Shown: piece by piece, positions 10,271 through 23,809 of the stretch
Position numbering within the stretch: position 1 is the first letter of the stretch
Layout of the letters: the number at the start of each line of letters is the position of its first letter
From: Camelus ferus
Lineage: Eukaryota
Direction: 5' to 3'
Length of the DNA stretch: 64,000 nucleotides
Assembly (NCBI RefSeq): GCF_009834535.1
Contig: NC_045729.1
Coordinates: 11,718,001 to 11,782,000, forward strand
The notes under the pieces: model-generated
What the model was told of the DNA's origin: nothing
What the model saw: the letters and a program-made list of their open reading frames with translations, nothing else
Databases searched by the model: none
Translations under genes and position numbers: made by a program

Positions 10271-10729
10271 CATATATATACATACAATCACACTAGCTTA
10301 GGATAATCAACCTGCCAATAGCAGTTTCAAGTTTGCCCTCCAGATTCAGATTTTATGTGATTTACACTTTAACTTCATATGTTCATAAGTTTAAATTTTA
10401 TTTTTCATAAGAGTGGTTACTATGAAAACCAGATTTAAGGAAACTAAAAGAAAAGACACTACAGGCCAGCTTTGGATTACCCTTGTTAGTACTGGGGAAC
10501 AGCAGTGTAGAGAATTTGAATGTTGAAGGTAATTCTGAGATAATTTTTATTTTGTTTTTCCTTATCGTATCTGTCTTATCTGCTTAATCTTCAAATCATG
10601 GTTTTTAAAGTATTATAAAATTACTTTGCTTTATCTAGGCTTGATATATAAAAATTCTTGGAAAACTAGAGCCAGAAAGATATTTTCTCAATATGATAAG
10701 AGTATATAAAGTGTGTGTGTGTGTGTTAA

Positions 10730-11070
10730 GGGTATCTTTCATACTGTCCAGTGGCCTCTCCCAGGGCTCAGTGCTGGGTTCTTTTCTCATGCAAACATAC
10801 TTTTACTGTAAGTGATCATATTTTAATTTCTTTCAATACTGTCTATGCTGTTGGAAAAGGCATATCTCCCAAATTTGTCTTCATAGTAAATCTCATCTCT
10901 GACATCCAGATACATGCAATGAACTAGTACCTTTATAGCTGAGATTGTATGCTGGAAATTCAAGTTCAAAATCGAATCATTGAATCTTGCACTCCCATTT
11001 TTTTACCGTACTGTTTTTCTCATCTCAGTAAATCATAGCCCCACCTATTGAGTTTTGGTCATTCTTGATA
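10730..11070 (+). mobile_element. L2 LINE fragment
   Basis: cccagggctcagtgctgggttcttttctc...aaatctcatctctgacatccaga, typical of the L2 3' region. Confidence 0.6.
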
Positions 11071-13149
11071 CATTAAAAATTGTTCAAAAAGAAGACTCAG
11101 AAACTCTTAGTATTTAATTGTTCTAGAAAATCGAGTTAAATGCACTAGGCATAAACCTGCTTTTATACGTTACTTTCTCAACTGAGGGTATAGCCAGTTT
11201 AAATCACCGACTTACCCATTTCCTGACCTTACCAAAGAACTAATGGAGAAACGAAAGCTTTGGAAAAATGATTAACTCTTTTTGTGCAGCAAAAACAACT
11301 ATGCCTGTGTGTGTGTGTGCGTGTGTGTATAAATATAACTTGCTACTAAATTTTTAAATATTTTTGTGTATTTTTTTAAAAGCTGCTTTTTTTTTTGCTT
11401 TTTTTTTTTCCAGACACTAAAGGCATAGTTTTGAGATGAGAAAAAGCTCTATAAATGTTTTTATTGATTTCCCTCAGGAAACTTTTCCTCTCAGAAACGA
11501 CTGTTCTTTCCTCCTTTTTACCACAAGTTTATAACATCCCCCGCCTTGGATACTTCAGCACAGTCCTCTTTGACACCAGGGCACTCTTTTTCCAGGCCTC
11601 GGGTCGGAGTTCATAGGCATCTAGCCTTAATTTTGCAACAGGCCGTGGGCTGGGACACTTTGTTCTTTGTCCGAGACTAAGAAACTAAGAATAGCCTAAT
11701 GGGAAAGAGGCAGGGTTGGAACACTTTAAAGACAGAGAACTCTCCGGATAATTGTGATTCATCATTTTCAAGTCTGTTTTTCATAAGTGAAAGGGTGACA
11801 CTGGAATGTAATACATAAACATCTCTCCCAAAATTAACACATGAATTGTTTCCTTAAAATAATAAAAAGTTTGCATTTACTCACACAACGTTTCTTTTCA
11901 AGATCGCTCAAAAGTATAGTTTGGCATTAAATAAAGGTAGTTCTTTTTTTACGACACAGATACTGTCTTGATAGGTTTTTCTTGAGTACCTCTTTGGAGA
12001 ATGTCTCCTCTAAGTGAATGTTTGGGTTTCTCAATAGTTCTTTTAGAACCAGGCACATTTATTTTATCAGCAGCCCGGTTTCTTTCAGAATATGCCCTTC
12101 ACTTTCCCTACATTCTCTGCTTATACCCTAGACTTCAGATAAGAATAAAATGGAAGGAGCTGTAAATTGAATTCTCACCCATAAAAATGTTACCCAATAG
12201 CTACGAACAAGGAAGGAAAGTTAACAGGCCTGTGTTTAAAGTGTAACAAGGACAAGAGCCCTGCTCCTTCTCTGAAGTGTGACCTGCAGACCAGCTGCTG
12301 GCAGCCCTGTGTCCTGTCAGCTATTCAGACTGACTTGGAGCAGGATTCACAAAGCTTCCCCTCTTACCACTTTTGAAGACGCCAGTGCTTTAGTAGTTCT
12401 GCATTTCTTCCATTTCCTTTGAAATGTTAGTCCTTTTATTTTGAGTTTAATCTTTTGGCATCAGGAGGGTTGTTTTAGAAAGACAAGTGTGAAGTTAGTC
12501 TGGTTTGTTCTGTGCTGGAACGCTGCACGTGGAAACCAAAGCCAGGAACACATTAGAAGAGATTTTTATGTTCCCTGGAAGGAGATTATTATGCTGTGCA
12601 TTAGAGAGGACCCTGCAGTAGCTAAGTCAGCAGATAAGAAAATTAATTTTTTAGTGTACTGATACTTTTTCTTTTTTATTTCTTTGAGATGTACTCCTAC
12701 GCTATAGGGAAGTATGGCTAAATCATAGTGATTTAAGAGTTAACCAATGAAAGGTGTACTGTGTATCATGTAAATGTAACAATCAGCAATGTTCCCTCTC
12801 ACCCTCTCTACCTCCGTGTCCTCTCTCCCGCCCTCCCTCCCTTCTCTTTCCACTTCTTTCCTCTTCAAAAGGTTTCCTGAATACTTGAGGCATAAAAAAA
12901 ATTAGACTGAAATAACACTGATTATTTCACACTTTCACTTATTTCTCAGGGGCCCCAAACACTTTCTAAAATGCTCTCCTTGGGGGAAAAAAATCAGAAA
13001 AATGGTCACAAAAGCTCCCTTAGTGACCAAGTCACTGTCACTTCCCAAGTTCAGTTAATTGTATTTTAATTGTATTACTGTATCAGTTCTTCAGTACTTA
13101 ATCCTTGCAGGTGATATACAAATTGTGTGTGTGTGTGTGTGTGTCTGTG

Positions 13150-14340
13150 TGTGTCTGACTCACATTCTAGAAGGGTCCCGCTAGCTGCTGTATTGAGAAA
13201 AGAATGAAGCGCAGTGGGTGGGGGTGTGCACAGTAGACACAGAGAGACCTGTGAACAGGCTGGTGGCTCAGACGAAGCCGATAACGGAAAAAATGGAGTG
13301 AAAAGATTGCATCTGTGGTACATTTTAATGGTGGGACCAATAGGATTCGCTGATGAATTGGATGTCATCGAGGGTAAGGGGGAATCAGGCATGGCTCCAT
13401 GGTGTTTTGCTGGAGGAACTAGGAAAATAGAGTTACTGGCTAAGTTGAGAACTCTAGCATAAAAGCCAGTCTTCAGGAAGAACATAAGCAGTTCAGATTT
13501 GGACGTGGTGTATCTGAGATACCTAACAGACATCCAAAGGAATAGATCAGGTAGACAGCTGGCACATCTGGATCTAGCGTTCTGAGGACCAGGCTGCACT
13601 GGAGAAGTGATTTGCATAGCCAGCAGTTTTTAAATGGCATTTAAAGCCGTGAGACCAGCACACACTGATCGTTGACGGGGTGAAGGCAGACAGGGAAGAG
13701 GTCCAAGGACGGTGCCCTGGGGAGCTGGGCAGACGAGAAGATTCTGAGAAAAGGGGACAGAGGAGAGGCCAGTGAGACAGGAGGAAAGTCAGGATGGCAT
13801 AGTGTCCAGAAGACCACAAGGAGAAAGTGTTTCAAGGAGGGACAGCTTCTTCAGATGTTGCCGATAGATTAAATGAGGAAATGACTGGGTGCAGACCACT
13901 AGAGTTGAGCAAATGGAGCGGAGGGGTAGGGCCAAATCTGCAATGAATTTAGGGGACAACTGGAGAACAGGAATTGGGATCTGCTAGTAGAGACAGCTTT
14001 TCATGGCGTTTTGCTAAAAGGGGAGTAGAGAAATGGGCAGTCGCTGGGAGGGGGTGAGGGGTTAAGACAGGGCTTATTTAAAGGTGAGAAAAATAACAAC
14101 AAAATAATAGCATGTTTGTATGCTGCTGAAATGGTTCAGTGAAAGAGGAGAACAGACAACAAGGGAGAAGGAGGGGGGCGATTACTGTCAAAGTATTTAA
14201 ATAGACAGAAGACATGGGGTCCAGTGCCCGTGGCGAGGGGTTGGCGTTGGGAGTGTGGAGACAGCTCATCTATAACGTAGTGGGAAGGCAGGCCAGCAGC
14301 GGGTGCAGGGGGACTCCTAGGGAACTGAGGGAGGTTCTCG
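13150..14340 (-). mobile_element. L2 LINE remnant (about 1.2 kb)
   Basis: Purine-rich strand with L2 hallmarks (ggattcgctgatgaattggatgt, gttcagatttggacgtgg...gagatacct, gtgtttcaaggaggg). Confidence 0.85.
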
Positions 14341-14483
14341 TCTAACCTCTCTATTTTACAGAAATTATGAAAGTGAGGTCACAGCTCAGGGTGGGCATGG
14401 AGGACTGGGTGTTTGTTAGAGGTCTGCAGAGGAAGAAGACAGGAAGCACTTGTCTAACAGTGCTCAAATTACATGGTCTGGGG

Positions 14484-14710
14484 CAGGACTTCTCAGACTG
14501 AGCCCTGTTGATGTTTGGAGCTGGGTAATTCTCTGTTGTAGGAGACTGACCCGTGTGCACTGCAGAATGCTTTTGCATCCCAGGCCCCTACCCACTACAC
14601 GATGGTAGCTTCCTTCCCCCCCTCTTCTCCTATTTGTGACATCCAAAAGTGTCTCTAGTCATTGCCTGATGTCCCTTGGGGTCAAAATTTCCCCCATTTG
14701 AAAACCACTG
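14484..14710 (-). mobile_element. MER20, near full length
   Basis: Both TIRs present (caggacttctca ... tgaaaaccactg); flanks gtctgggg/gcctgagg match 6/8 as a decayed TSD. Confidence 0.88.
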
Positions 14711-15089
14711 GCCTGAGGAAATGTAGTATGATTGTCAGGGAGTATTAACAGCCCAGGGGAGGTTTATAATCATGAATTTAACATGAGATCGCTCAGCATT
14801 GTTGTGTTATACTCGGTGTGCAGGTGCACACAAAGAATAAGCAGAAAGTTAGATTTACCAAGGGTTGGGGTTTTGCCAGATGAATACAATAAAGAGAGAG
14901 GAGAAGAGACAGGGAGTCATTTTAATAATTGATCATGGAATTTATACTTGGTGAAGGTGAAAGGTCGGGTGGCAGGAGTAACAGATTATAAGTTCTACTG
15001 GGGTCAAAGGACTCTTGGCATTGGGGTTCTGGAGAGAGTGACAGATATTAGGAGCTTTCAGAAATAACCTACTCTGCATCGGTGTCTAG

Positions 15090-15270
15090 GAAGGAAATCT
15101 CAGATGGAGGAGGTGCAGGACGAACTCATCCACAGACTGACCATTGGCCGGAGCGCCGCCCAGAAGAAGTTCCACGTGCCACGGCAGAACGTGCCGGTCG
15201 TCAATATCACTTACGACTCCACACCAGAGGACGTGAAGGCGTGGCTGCAGTCAAAGGGGTTCAGCCCCGT
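15090..15270 (+). CDS. EPS8: EPS8 coding exon, start of effector/actin-binding region (RKSQMEEVQDELIHRLTIGRS...WLQSKGFSPV)
   Basis: tctag|GA acceptor completes the CGA codon; GT|gtaagt donor; 181 nt, phase 1-2. Confidence 0.96.
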
Positions 15271-16231
15271 GTAAGTCTCCCCGGGGGAGCCTTTACGGTT
15301 CTGTTTTCAATTTGATCACCAAGAAGTCACAAATGACTCTTAAAAAATGTGAGAGCCCAAACTGCCTCTGTTTCCATGCTCAGGAAATGCCTATAGCTGT
15401 TTATAGCTAAAAAAGAATTGGAAGAAGCAGAAATAACCATAACCATCATTTGGCAGCACCCCATTTTCTAGAGGGCGGTGTCTGTTCACTGTTGGCCCCT
15501 TAGGCAATCTGTTGGCAGCTTTGAGGCCGGTGTCTGTCTTTCTCCCTCAGAAGGTCACACAGGGTAGGACCGTGGTCTTAGCTGGACTCCCCAGACCATG
15601 GGGGACCCAGAACCAAATCTTTCCTTCTGCTGCAGCCGATTAGATTATAGATTTCAGGCAAATAAGAAAATAGGTAACATTACCTATTATAAATTATAAT
15701 CTAATAGAACCTTTCCTTTAGTGAACCCATGGTGAAGTTTCTACTTATCTGTAACTAAAATTCTGTAAACGCTATGTGTATTTGGTACACATATTTGAAT
15801 ATGCGTATTTGAACTATTTGAATAATACATATTCAAGAGAACTTGACATATTATAAACTCAGTCACCCACCATGACTGAAAAATGAGGTACACTTGATCA
15901 GCTAATGGCCTGGTTACTAGAAAGTTCCTTCTACGAACACCAAATGTCAAGGAATCGGTACTGCACAACACGAATACTAAACCCAGTTGACTCTTTTTTG
16001 ATACTGCATCATCGATGACCTTATGTAGCCCCGGGGCCATCATCATGACAGTCCCTTGTCATTGCCCTAAGCACTGCAGTGCCATTTTCTGGGTTCCCGT
16101 GTATGGAACACCTAGAGAAGCGAGGTTGTATCAGGACTAGAAACTTTTCTCCTTTGTTTTTCCCAGACAGTATTTTTAATGCTCTATTTCCTTCTTTTCC
16201 TTTTTTTTTTTTTTTTTCCTTATTTTTTCAG

Positions 16232-16361
16232 AACTGTCAATAGTCTTGGAGTATTAAATGGTGCACAACTTTTCTCTCTCAACAAGGATGAACTGAGAAC
16301 AGTCTGCCCGGAAGGGGCCAGAGTCTTCAGCCAAATCACTGTACAGAAGGCTGCATTAGAG
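16232..16361 (+). CDS. EPS8: EPS8 coding exon, SAM/PNT-like part of effector region ([43 protein letters not shown])
   Basis: Long T-tract then ttcag|A acceptor; GAG|gtatgg donor; 130 nt, phase 2-0. Confidence 0.97.
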
Positions 16362-18101
16362 GTATGGCTTGTCCGCCTGAGGTGGTCTTGTCCTGTGTTA
16401 GTCAGGTTTGTGGTCTGCGACTTGAAGGCTCTGGAGACGATGTGTGTGTCCACGCTGGTCACTTTCTTTGCCTTCCATACAGAGCTGAATGAAACTTGAC
16501 TCTGTATTAGTGACTTGCCACTGGAGACCGTCAGGGCCCATTTTCAGGGAGATTAAGTTGTTAAAAATGCTCAAGTAACATGAAGCTTGAGCTTCATATA
16601 CTTTCAGACGTTTAATGAAAAGCCTAATGTTCTCATTTTATATGCATGAACTTCTTCTGTAGGAATTTTAGTTACTCATTCACTTGGAGTGGGTAAGTGA
16701 CTTAAGAAGTCAGAACTCTTTTGCGTGTCCTTAATGTTTAGTGTGGGGATTCTAGTAGGTTAGAGGTGATAGAGTCCTAAAACCATGGCTGTGTACCTCA
16801 GGCCTGGTTATACGTATAAATAATCGGAGGGGAAATATTAGAAAGGGGTCGCTGAAAAGAGGGAGCCCTGACGTGTAATATTCAGTTATAGCTGTTTCTC
16901 TGAAAGCCGGAGAGTAAATGTTTTCTAGATTGGATATACTTAAGGTTCCAGTATCCTACTCTGCTTAAAATGGGCTCTGTAAGGGTGGCGGTTCTAACTG
17001 TTACATCTCACAGCTCTTAATAGCTTTCATGAAAATTAAACTTGGTCTCCAATGAAAGCATATAGGCTTTGGCATGAAATCAATACATAATTATCTCTAG
17101 CAAGTATATTGTGTAAATGCAACAGTTAAATAGCTCAGTAGAGCAGCTTCCTGCATGCAGCCCCGTGACCATTCTCAGGCAGGAGAAATTATATTTTCCT
17201 TGGAAATTTTTCATACGACACTGGGCCTTGGTTGGTTCTGTATTCGGCTTTCTGTGTATTGAATGTGAATCAGGATTAGACCCTTTCTGAGGCACTTTTG
17301 TTACCATTACGCATTCTAATTGTATTGCGAATGTGTAAATTACTCCATCAGGGTCATGGTAGAAAGCTCCACATCCCTAACACGTCTGCATGCCTTCAGT
17401 CCAGACTCCCTGTCACTGTCACCTGCGCCCCGTGCCCGCTTCCTCCTGGTCTCTTGCTCTGGATGTGAGCTGAGGCAGAGACCGCCGACCTGAGGCTCTC
17501 TGTCCTCCCTGCCACCTTCCCACCACATTCTTCTCTCTCGCCCAGTTCACCTTTTAGGTGACTCACCTGGTTGCCAGAGACTTTCAGAGATGAGAGAGGA
17601 GCAAGGAGGGTGAAGAGGGTTGTAGGCAGGAGGCTTGGAAAGGAGAAAAGCCAACGTGACATCGGAGGGTCAGAACCCCGTGGTATGAGGAAACTTGGTG
17701 TCTTCTGAGCCCAGCCTCCGGGCCTGAGTTAGAATCCTCTAGAGGCAGATGCGTATCTTGCTTGACCTAAAGAGCATCCTCTGATAACTTAGCATCTTAT
17801 TATACAGTCTCTTCTTTCTCCCAGAGAGCGGAGAGCATTCCACGTGTGTTATTGATTTATCTTTAACATGCTCAAGCGAAAGGCCTGGTGAATGAATTGC
17901 CTTAAGACATTGTAAATGACAAATGATTCATGTGGTGTTAGTGAAGTCCAGAATCATCACTTACGTGAAGGCAGCCTTCTGTTTTCCCCAAGGGACCTTA
18001 GAAGAGAAACACCCAGGACTGTCAGCCCTGGCCATTTCATTACATGATTTGCAACCTCACAAACCAGTGACCACCTTGTCTGAACCTCGTTTGTGTTTTA
18101 G

Positions 18102-18215
18102 GATAACAGCGGCAGCTCTGAGTTGCAAGAAATCATGCGGAGACGACAGGAAAAAATCAGTGCTGCTGCGAGCGATTCAGGAGTGGAGTCTTTCGATGAG
18201 GGAAGCAGTCACTAA
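18102..18215 (+). CDS. EPS8: EPS8 last coding exon (DNSGSSELQEIMRRRQEKISAAASDSGVESFDEGSSH*)
   Basis: ttttag|GAT acceptor; TAA stop at 18213-18215; matches the EPS8 C-terminus. Confidence 0.97.
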   Translation, partial: DNSGSSELQEIMRRRQEKISAAASDSGVESFDEGSSH

Positions 18216-19166
18216 TTCGTCTTTAAACGCCATTATTCTTGGCATTATTCCAGCGTGCTTTGTTTTAAGAAGCCATGAAGGGAATGTCAGATTCTTATTT
18301 CTTGGTCTACGTGATTGATCGCCATAAAGAAGCAATGCAAACATAAGTAAGCAGAGTGCTTGCTTCCAGGCCCATTATTTTTATTAAAACTAAAAAAAAA
18401 TTTAAATAGCACTTTTTGACCTGGGGACCTGTTTTGCCTACACTTTACCAACGTGAGGTTTCCTTTACTGAATTAATTACTTCATCCCCATCTCAATGCT
18501 TAAGCAGACTTTTTTTTTTTTGACAGTGGTGAAATTTATTTATTGCAACAAAGCCAGAGATATTGCCCGTGATTCGAAATGTAGACAATTTCACTTTTGC
18601 CTGTGACTACGGTGTGTGTCATTCAGGGTGCAGCTAACTTGAGGCTAGCCTCTGCTTACTTAAGTCCCTCTCTCTCTCTTTTTTTTTTTTTTAACATACT
18701 CAATGATAGAATATTTAGATTTATTTAAAGTTCTTAATGCCAACAGTTTAAAGATGAAAACATTGAAGGAACTGTAAAATACAGCAAGGCCTTGGACATG
18801 CAAATAGAAACCTATGAAACATTCCCAAGACGGTTTATTTGTCATGGCTCTGTTGATCGTTTCTCCTTGTATGGCTTGTATTTTGATTTCATTTATATTC
18901 TGCTCATTACCTATACTGTGTTCTGATATATGAGAAAGCACAAGTGGAAAAGAGGTTATATACGTTGAAAATCGGTCACAGGAAGTAGCCTGCGTTGGTG
19001 TGTGTGACAGTATTTTGCTTAACGGAGGCCTCCGTTCTAAATATTGGTAATAAGTAGTAAAAGGACATTGGGGCCATCTTACGTGTTTATCTGTGTCAAG
19101 TTTTTCTGGTAATAAGAAACACTTAATTTACACATATTTTAATCCTGTGAAAGATTCTAGGTAGAG

Positions 19167-19300
19167 NNNNNNNNNNNNNNNNNNNNNNNNNNNNNNNNNN
19201 NNNNNNNNNNNNNNNNNNNNNNNNNNNNNNNNNNNNNNNNNNNNNNNNNNNNNNNNNNNNNNNNNNNNNNNNNNNNNNNNNNNNNNNNNNNNNNNNNNNN
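19167..19300. other. Assembly gap (134 N)
   Basis: Run of n between gtagag and gagatt. Confidence 0.99.
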
Positions 19301-19364
19301 GAGATTATCTAGACTCATTAATTTTCATAGTGCCTTTTTCACATGAGTCAGCCGAAAAGTCTGC

Positions 19365-19394
19365 AATAAACAGTATTTGCTATATGTTAATAAA
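19365..19394 (+). terminator. EPS8: Tandem canonical polyadenylation signals of EPS8
   Basis: AATAAA at 19365-19370 and 19389-19394, followed by the GU/U-rich stretch tggcttctgtttcattgg. Confidence 0.75.
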
Positions 19395-19579
19395 TGGCTT
19401 CTGTTTCATTGGCACAAGGGACCTTTGGCGTGGAGACTGGGGACCGGGGGTGAATGGAGTGCAAAAAACAGAGGCCTGCTCTTGTTTTTTTTAAACTGAT
19501 TTCCAGTAGAGTTCTGAGTGGGTAGAGACCAGTCTAGAATACTTTCTCCAGTTGTTTCTCTCTTTCCACCTCTCTCTCT

Positions 19580-19662
19580 TTTTAAAAAAAATTTTTTAAC
19601 CTTTTTTTAAACTTTCTTTATAATTGAAGTACAGTCAGTTTACAATGTTGTGTCAATTTCCG
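19580..19662 (-). mobile_element. Extremely 5'-truncated young L1 3' end with target-site duplication
   Basis: Reverse complement of gaaattgacacaacattgtaaactgactgtacttcaatta plus an A-rich tail; 13-bp direct repeat tttccacctctct at 19563-19575 and 19665-19677. Confidence 0.8.
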
Positions 19663-21299
19663 TTTTTCCACCTCTCTTATTTCATCATCTTTTTCTTCTA
19701 CCTTCTAGTCACAGTTGGTCCCAGCAGGAAAAACAAACTTTGTATAGCACTTGTGATCACTAAATGCTTCCACATAAGTACTTTGTTGGGCGTCTGCAGT
19801 GAGTCTGTGAGTTGTATTTTGTAGATGAGAAGACTTAGCTTCCTAGAGGCTAATCTTCCCCAAATGGTAAGGGATGTGGGAGCCTCTTGTTTTCAATTGC
19901 TCAGTCTCTCCATAACGTTGTCCCTCGGACAAAGCGAAGCAAACATGAGAACAGTAAAGAATTGTAGATCTTTCCCACTTCATAAGCACTGACACATGTT
20001 TATAACAGCCCTGATTGAAAATCTCTGCAAATGTAGGGATGAGACCAAAGATATTAAAAATGAAAAGTTAAAATATCTTGTGTGTAATGTAGCATATAAT
20101 GTACCATATCTGATATTAAAAGAATTGGTATCACTTATGTCTGTATGTTGTAAAATTCCAAAGGGAACTATCACAGAGGGAGTAATTGGAAGACGTAGGT
20201 ACCTCCCTCAGGGACGCAGGGACAAAGAGAAGGGTTGGGATCAATGGAATTTAAAAGCTTGAGGGAGAGGTACTGCAGAGTTTGGATGCAGACAGCTGAG
20301 GAGCTAGGTCACGGGATGAGATGTTTGGAGGAAAGGACCCACAACTGGCAAACAGACCTCGGAGAAGGGGGCCCAGCCTACCTGGTGCTGTGGCCTCAGG
20401 AATTCAGAAAAGAATTCAGCTGAGAAAATAGCTCAGCAAATCCATAGAGCCAAGACTCAGAGCTCCAAGGAGAGTATGCCAGCCAGCTGACCCTCGAGGA
20501 AACAAGGAGGCTGCTTCCAGGAGCGTGGGGGTCACTAGAACCCGCCGGGAATCGCCTGCTACTTAAAGAGTGAAGAACGATGATTAGGGTGATGTTGACA
20601 AGAAGCAAAACAGAAGGAAGCAAGTCCCTCGTTCCCCCTCTAGCTTCCTGTGTCCCTGTAAGCCCTTTTTGGACAGAGTCGATGGTCACCCACCTGGCAA
20701 AGCCCCAAATCACAAAGATGAGTCTAAAGGGGTAGATTTGAAATGGAGAAAACAGCTCAGTATAACCAACCCATTTCAACTCTGGCTACTTAGCTTCTAT
20801 ACGTCTTTGAAATTCCGTAAAACAAGCAAACAAAAGAAGTTTATGCTTTTACCGCAAAAGGTGCCATCATCCTTCTCTGTTATCTAAATGGTATTTAACA
20901 GAAGAAATTGGTTAAGCAAGGCAAAAAGAGAACACTGAGACTTCACAGAGGTGGTAAGAATAGGAAGCAGTCCCCACACCTTGAGCTCAGGCTGCAGGTG
21001 AAGAGGCTGGGTTTGTCAGCGTTTAGAAGCCGGGAGGAGGGCAGGGCCGTGGGAAGCGTGGGCACAGGCACTGTCTGATGTTGTGCTGATGCCCCAGGAG
21101 CGCAGGGCAGAGATCCCTGGCTGAGCTGGGACAGAGGCCCTTGAAGGGAGATTCTGGACAGTTTATGCTGGTGTCTGACGGGGCGCAGTGATGTTGGTTC
21201 TGGAAATGTAGGGGGAAAAACTAGAAACTAGAATTGCCTACTGGAATCAGTTCCTGCTGCCAAAGTGGAAGCCCCTTCGCAGGGTTAAGCCCTTGTTCA

Positions 21300-23772
21300 T
21301 GGTGGTGCCTTTGTGGAGTTTACTTCTTATTTCTTGTCATTAGTGTTCATTGAGTTTTGGGAACTGTGGGATTGTAGCTTTTAGGAAATCTGGTAAAATT
21401 TCAGTCAATATTACTATTTTTATTTTCCTATCCCTCCTGCTTTCTTTCCTTGGGAGACTCCAGTTTCATGTACGTTAGGCCATTTGAAGTTTTTCCCGAG
21501 CTTGCCGAAACTCTGTTGACTTTTTTAACTCATCCTTTTTCCTCTGTGTTTCATTTTGGGTCGTTTCTGTTTCTGTCTTGAAGTTCACTCGTCTTTGCTT
21601 CTGCAATTCCTAAGCTGCTTTTAATCTCTTCGGTTTGTATTTTTCATCTCAGATGTTAAGGGTTTTCATCTTTAAAAGTTTTACTTTTTAAAAAATATCT
21701 CCCATGTCTCTACTTAACCTGCTCAATATTCCTTCAACTTTATTAGCCGTATGGAAGACAGTAAAAATATGTCTTAATGTTCTTGTGTATTAATTCTGCC
21801 ATCTTCATAACTGCTAGGTTAGTTATGATGGATTTTTTTTCTTCATTATGGGTCTTACTTTCTTGCTCTGGCTGCTTTCAAAATTCTTTTCTGGACCTTT
21901 CTTTTTTAATGTAAATTTTCAATGGGTGCCAGATATTGTGAATATTACCTCGTTAGGGGCTGGATACCTCTGTACACCTGTAAATATTATTGTGCTTTGT
22001 TCTGAGATGCTATTAAATTACTTGCTGAGAGTTTGATCCTTTCTGATCTCGCCTTTAAGCTTTGTTAGGTGGAAGCAAAACAGAATTTACATTAGAACTA
22101 ATTTCAGCCCGCTACCGAGGAGGCAAAACCCTTCTGAAAATCCAGCCTATTGTTCCACGCATTGTGATGTTTTCCACTCTAGCCGGTAGTAATATGGACT
22201 CCTCCTGGTTCTGTGTGAGCGCTGAGAATTGTTCCTCTCATCCTTTTGGGTTGTTCCTTCCTCAGGCTTGGGCAGTTTTCTCATACGCACACAATGATTC
22301 ATACCCCGCTTCAGACTCCACTGGGACCCTCTGCCCACCTCCAGAGCTCTCTTTCATGCAGGTCTCACCACGCTATTGTGCTGTCCTGTGAATGTCAGCT
22401 AGGCCACGGCCCGGGAGCTGAAGTTCACTGGACACTCTAAGCTTTGTCTCCTCAGCTCATGGAGCCTGTTGAACTCCATGTGGGATCTCCATCCCTGCAC
22501 TGAAGCTTGGAAAACTCTCTAGGCAGACAGCTGGAGCAGTTGTAGGGTTTTCTGCCTTCGTTTTTCATCTTTCATTGCCCAGTGTTCAATATCTTGGAGA
22601 CTGTTCATATGTGTGTGTGTGTATATGTGTGTAAATATGTGGGCTTTTTTTCCTTGTCACATGCTAGAGGGTAGATCCAGTCCCTCTGACTCCATCTTGG
22701 CTCAAACTTGGAGTCGCCTTTGTAAAGTCTATTCTTTACCATGTATAGAAATCTAGGTTGCCGGTTTTTACTCTAGAACTTTAAAAGCATCACGCCTTTT
22801 GATTTTTGTCTTACATAGTTCCTGGTGAAAAGTCAGTCATCATTCTTATTTTTCCCTCGAGCTGCTTTCACGATTCTTTTCTGTATCCTTCGTCTTCAGC
22901 AGTTTGATTATAAAGCTGATAGAGTTGACGTTCTTGGTGTTAATTCTATGTGGGTTCAGTGGGTTTCTAGATTTTTATATCAGTGTTTTCCTTTTTTCCT
23001 TACAATATTTTTTTTTGCTTTTTTTTCCCTTTTCCCCTCCCTAGCCCTCTATTACATATATGTTAGCCACTATCCCAAAGATCCCCAAATCTCTGTTAAT
23101 ATTTTTAAAATCCTTTCTTCCTCTTCTTCATGGAAACTTATGTCAATATGTATTCAGCTTCACCAGCTCTCCTTTTCCTCTGTGATCTTTTTTCCAATAT
23201 CTATTAAGTCAATATAGTGAATTCTTCTTTTCAGTTATTTTATCACTTCTAGAATTTACATTTAGTTCTTTTTTATAGCTTCCATTTCTCTGCTGAGACT
23301 TTGTTCACTCATTAAAATAATGTTTCCCTTTAATTCTTAGAGCAATTTTCTTGTATTTCCATAGCACATAAAGGCTGCTTTATCTGCTAAATCCAACATT
23401 TGGGCCATCTCAGGCTCAGTTTCTTTTGATTACATTTTCACTCACGCACTACGGGTCCTATTGTCCTAACTCTCTGTATGTCTAGTTATTTTCTATTATA
23501 TATGCTTGACATTGTAGGTGACATGTTTTAGATATTTTAGAATATGTTATCTTCCTTGGAAGAGTATTTGTTTTCATTCTAGGAAGCAGTTCTATATTGG
23601 CTGATCACTTTGATCTTGTGGAGCTTTGATTTTTGCTTTGTAGGATGAATTATGGCAAGTTCAATGTGATTTACAAGATCTTCTAATTTGATGGGACTCG
23701 ACCTATAAACTCTCTCTCCTCTGCAAATCTTCTCAAGACTTGATTTCAGGCTTTGTCTGTACCTATCAAGAG

Positions 23773-23809
<37 letters not shown>

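Larger units (their letters stand above)
18216..19415 (+). other. EPS8: EPS8 3'UTR (about 1.2 kb, contains assembly gap)
   Basis: AU-rich, repeat-free sequence from the stop codon to the AATAAA pair; the end point is inferred. Confidence 0.75.

Noticed and set aside
15461-15480. CTCF-like ttctagagggcggtg
   Set aside because: Lacks the 5' CCA of the core motif.
19330-19336. miR-124 7mer GTGCCTT near the EPS8 poly(A) signal
   Set aside because: A single 7-mer without conservation data; chance occurrence is not excluded.
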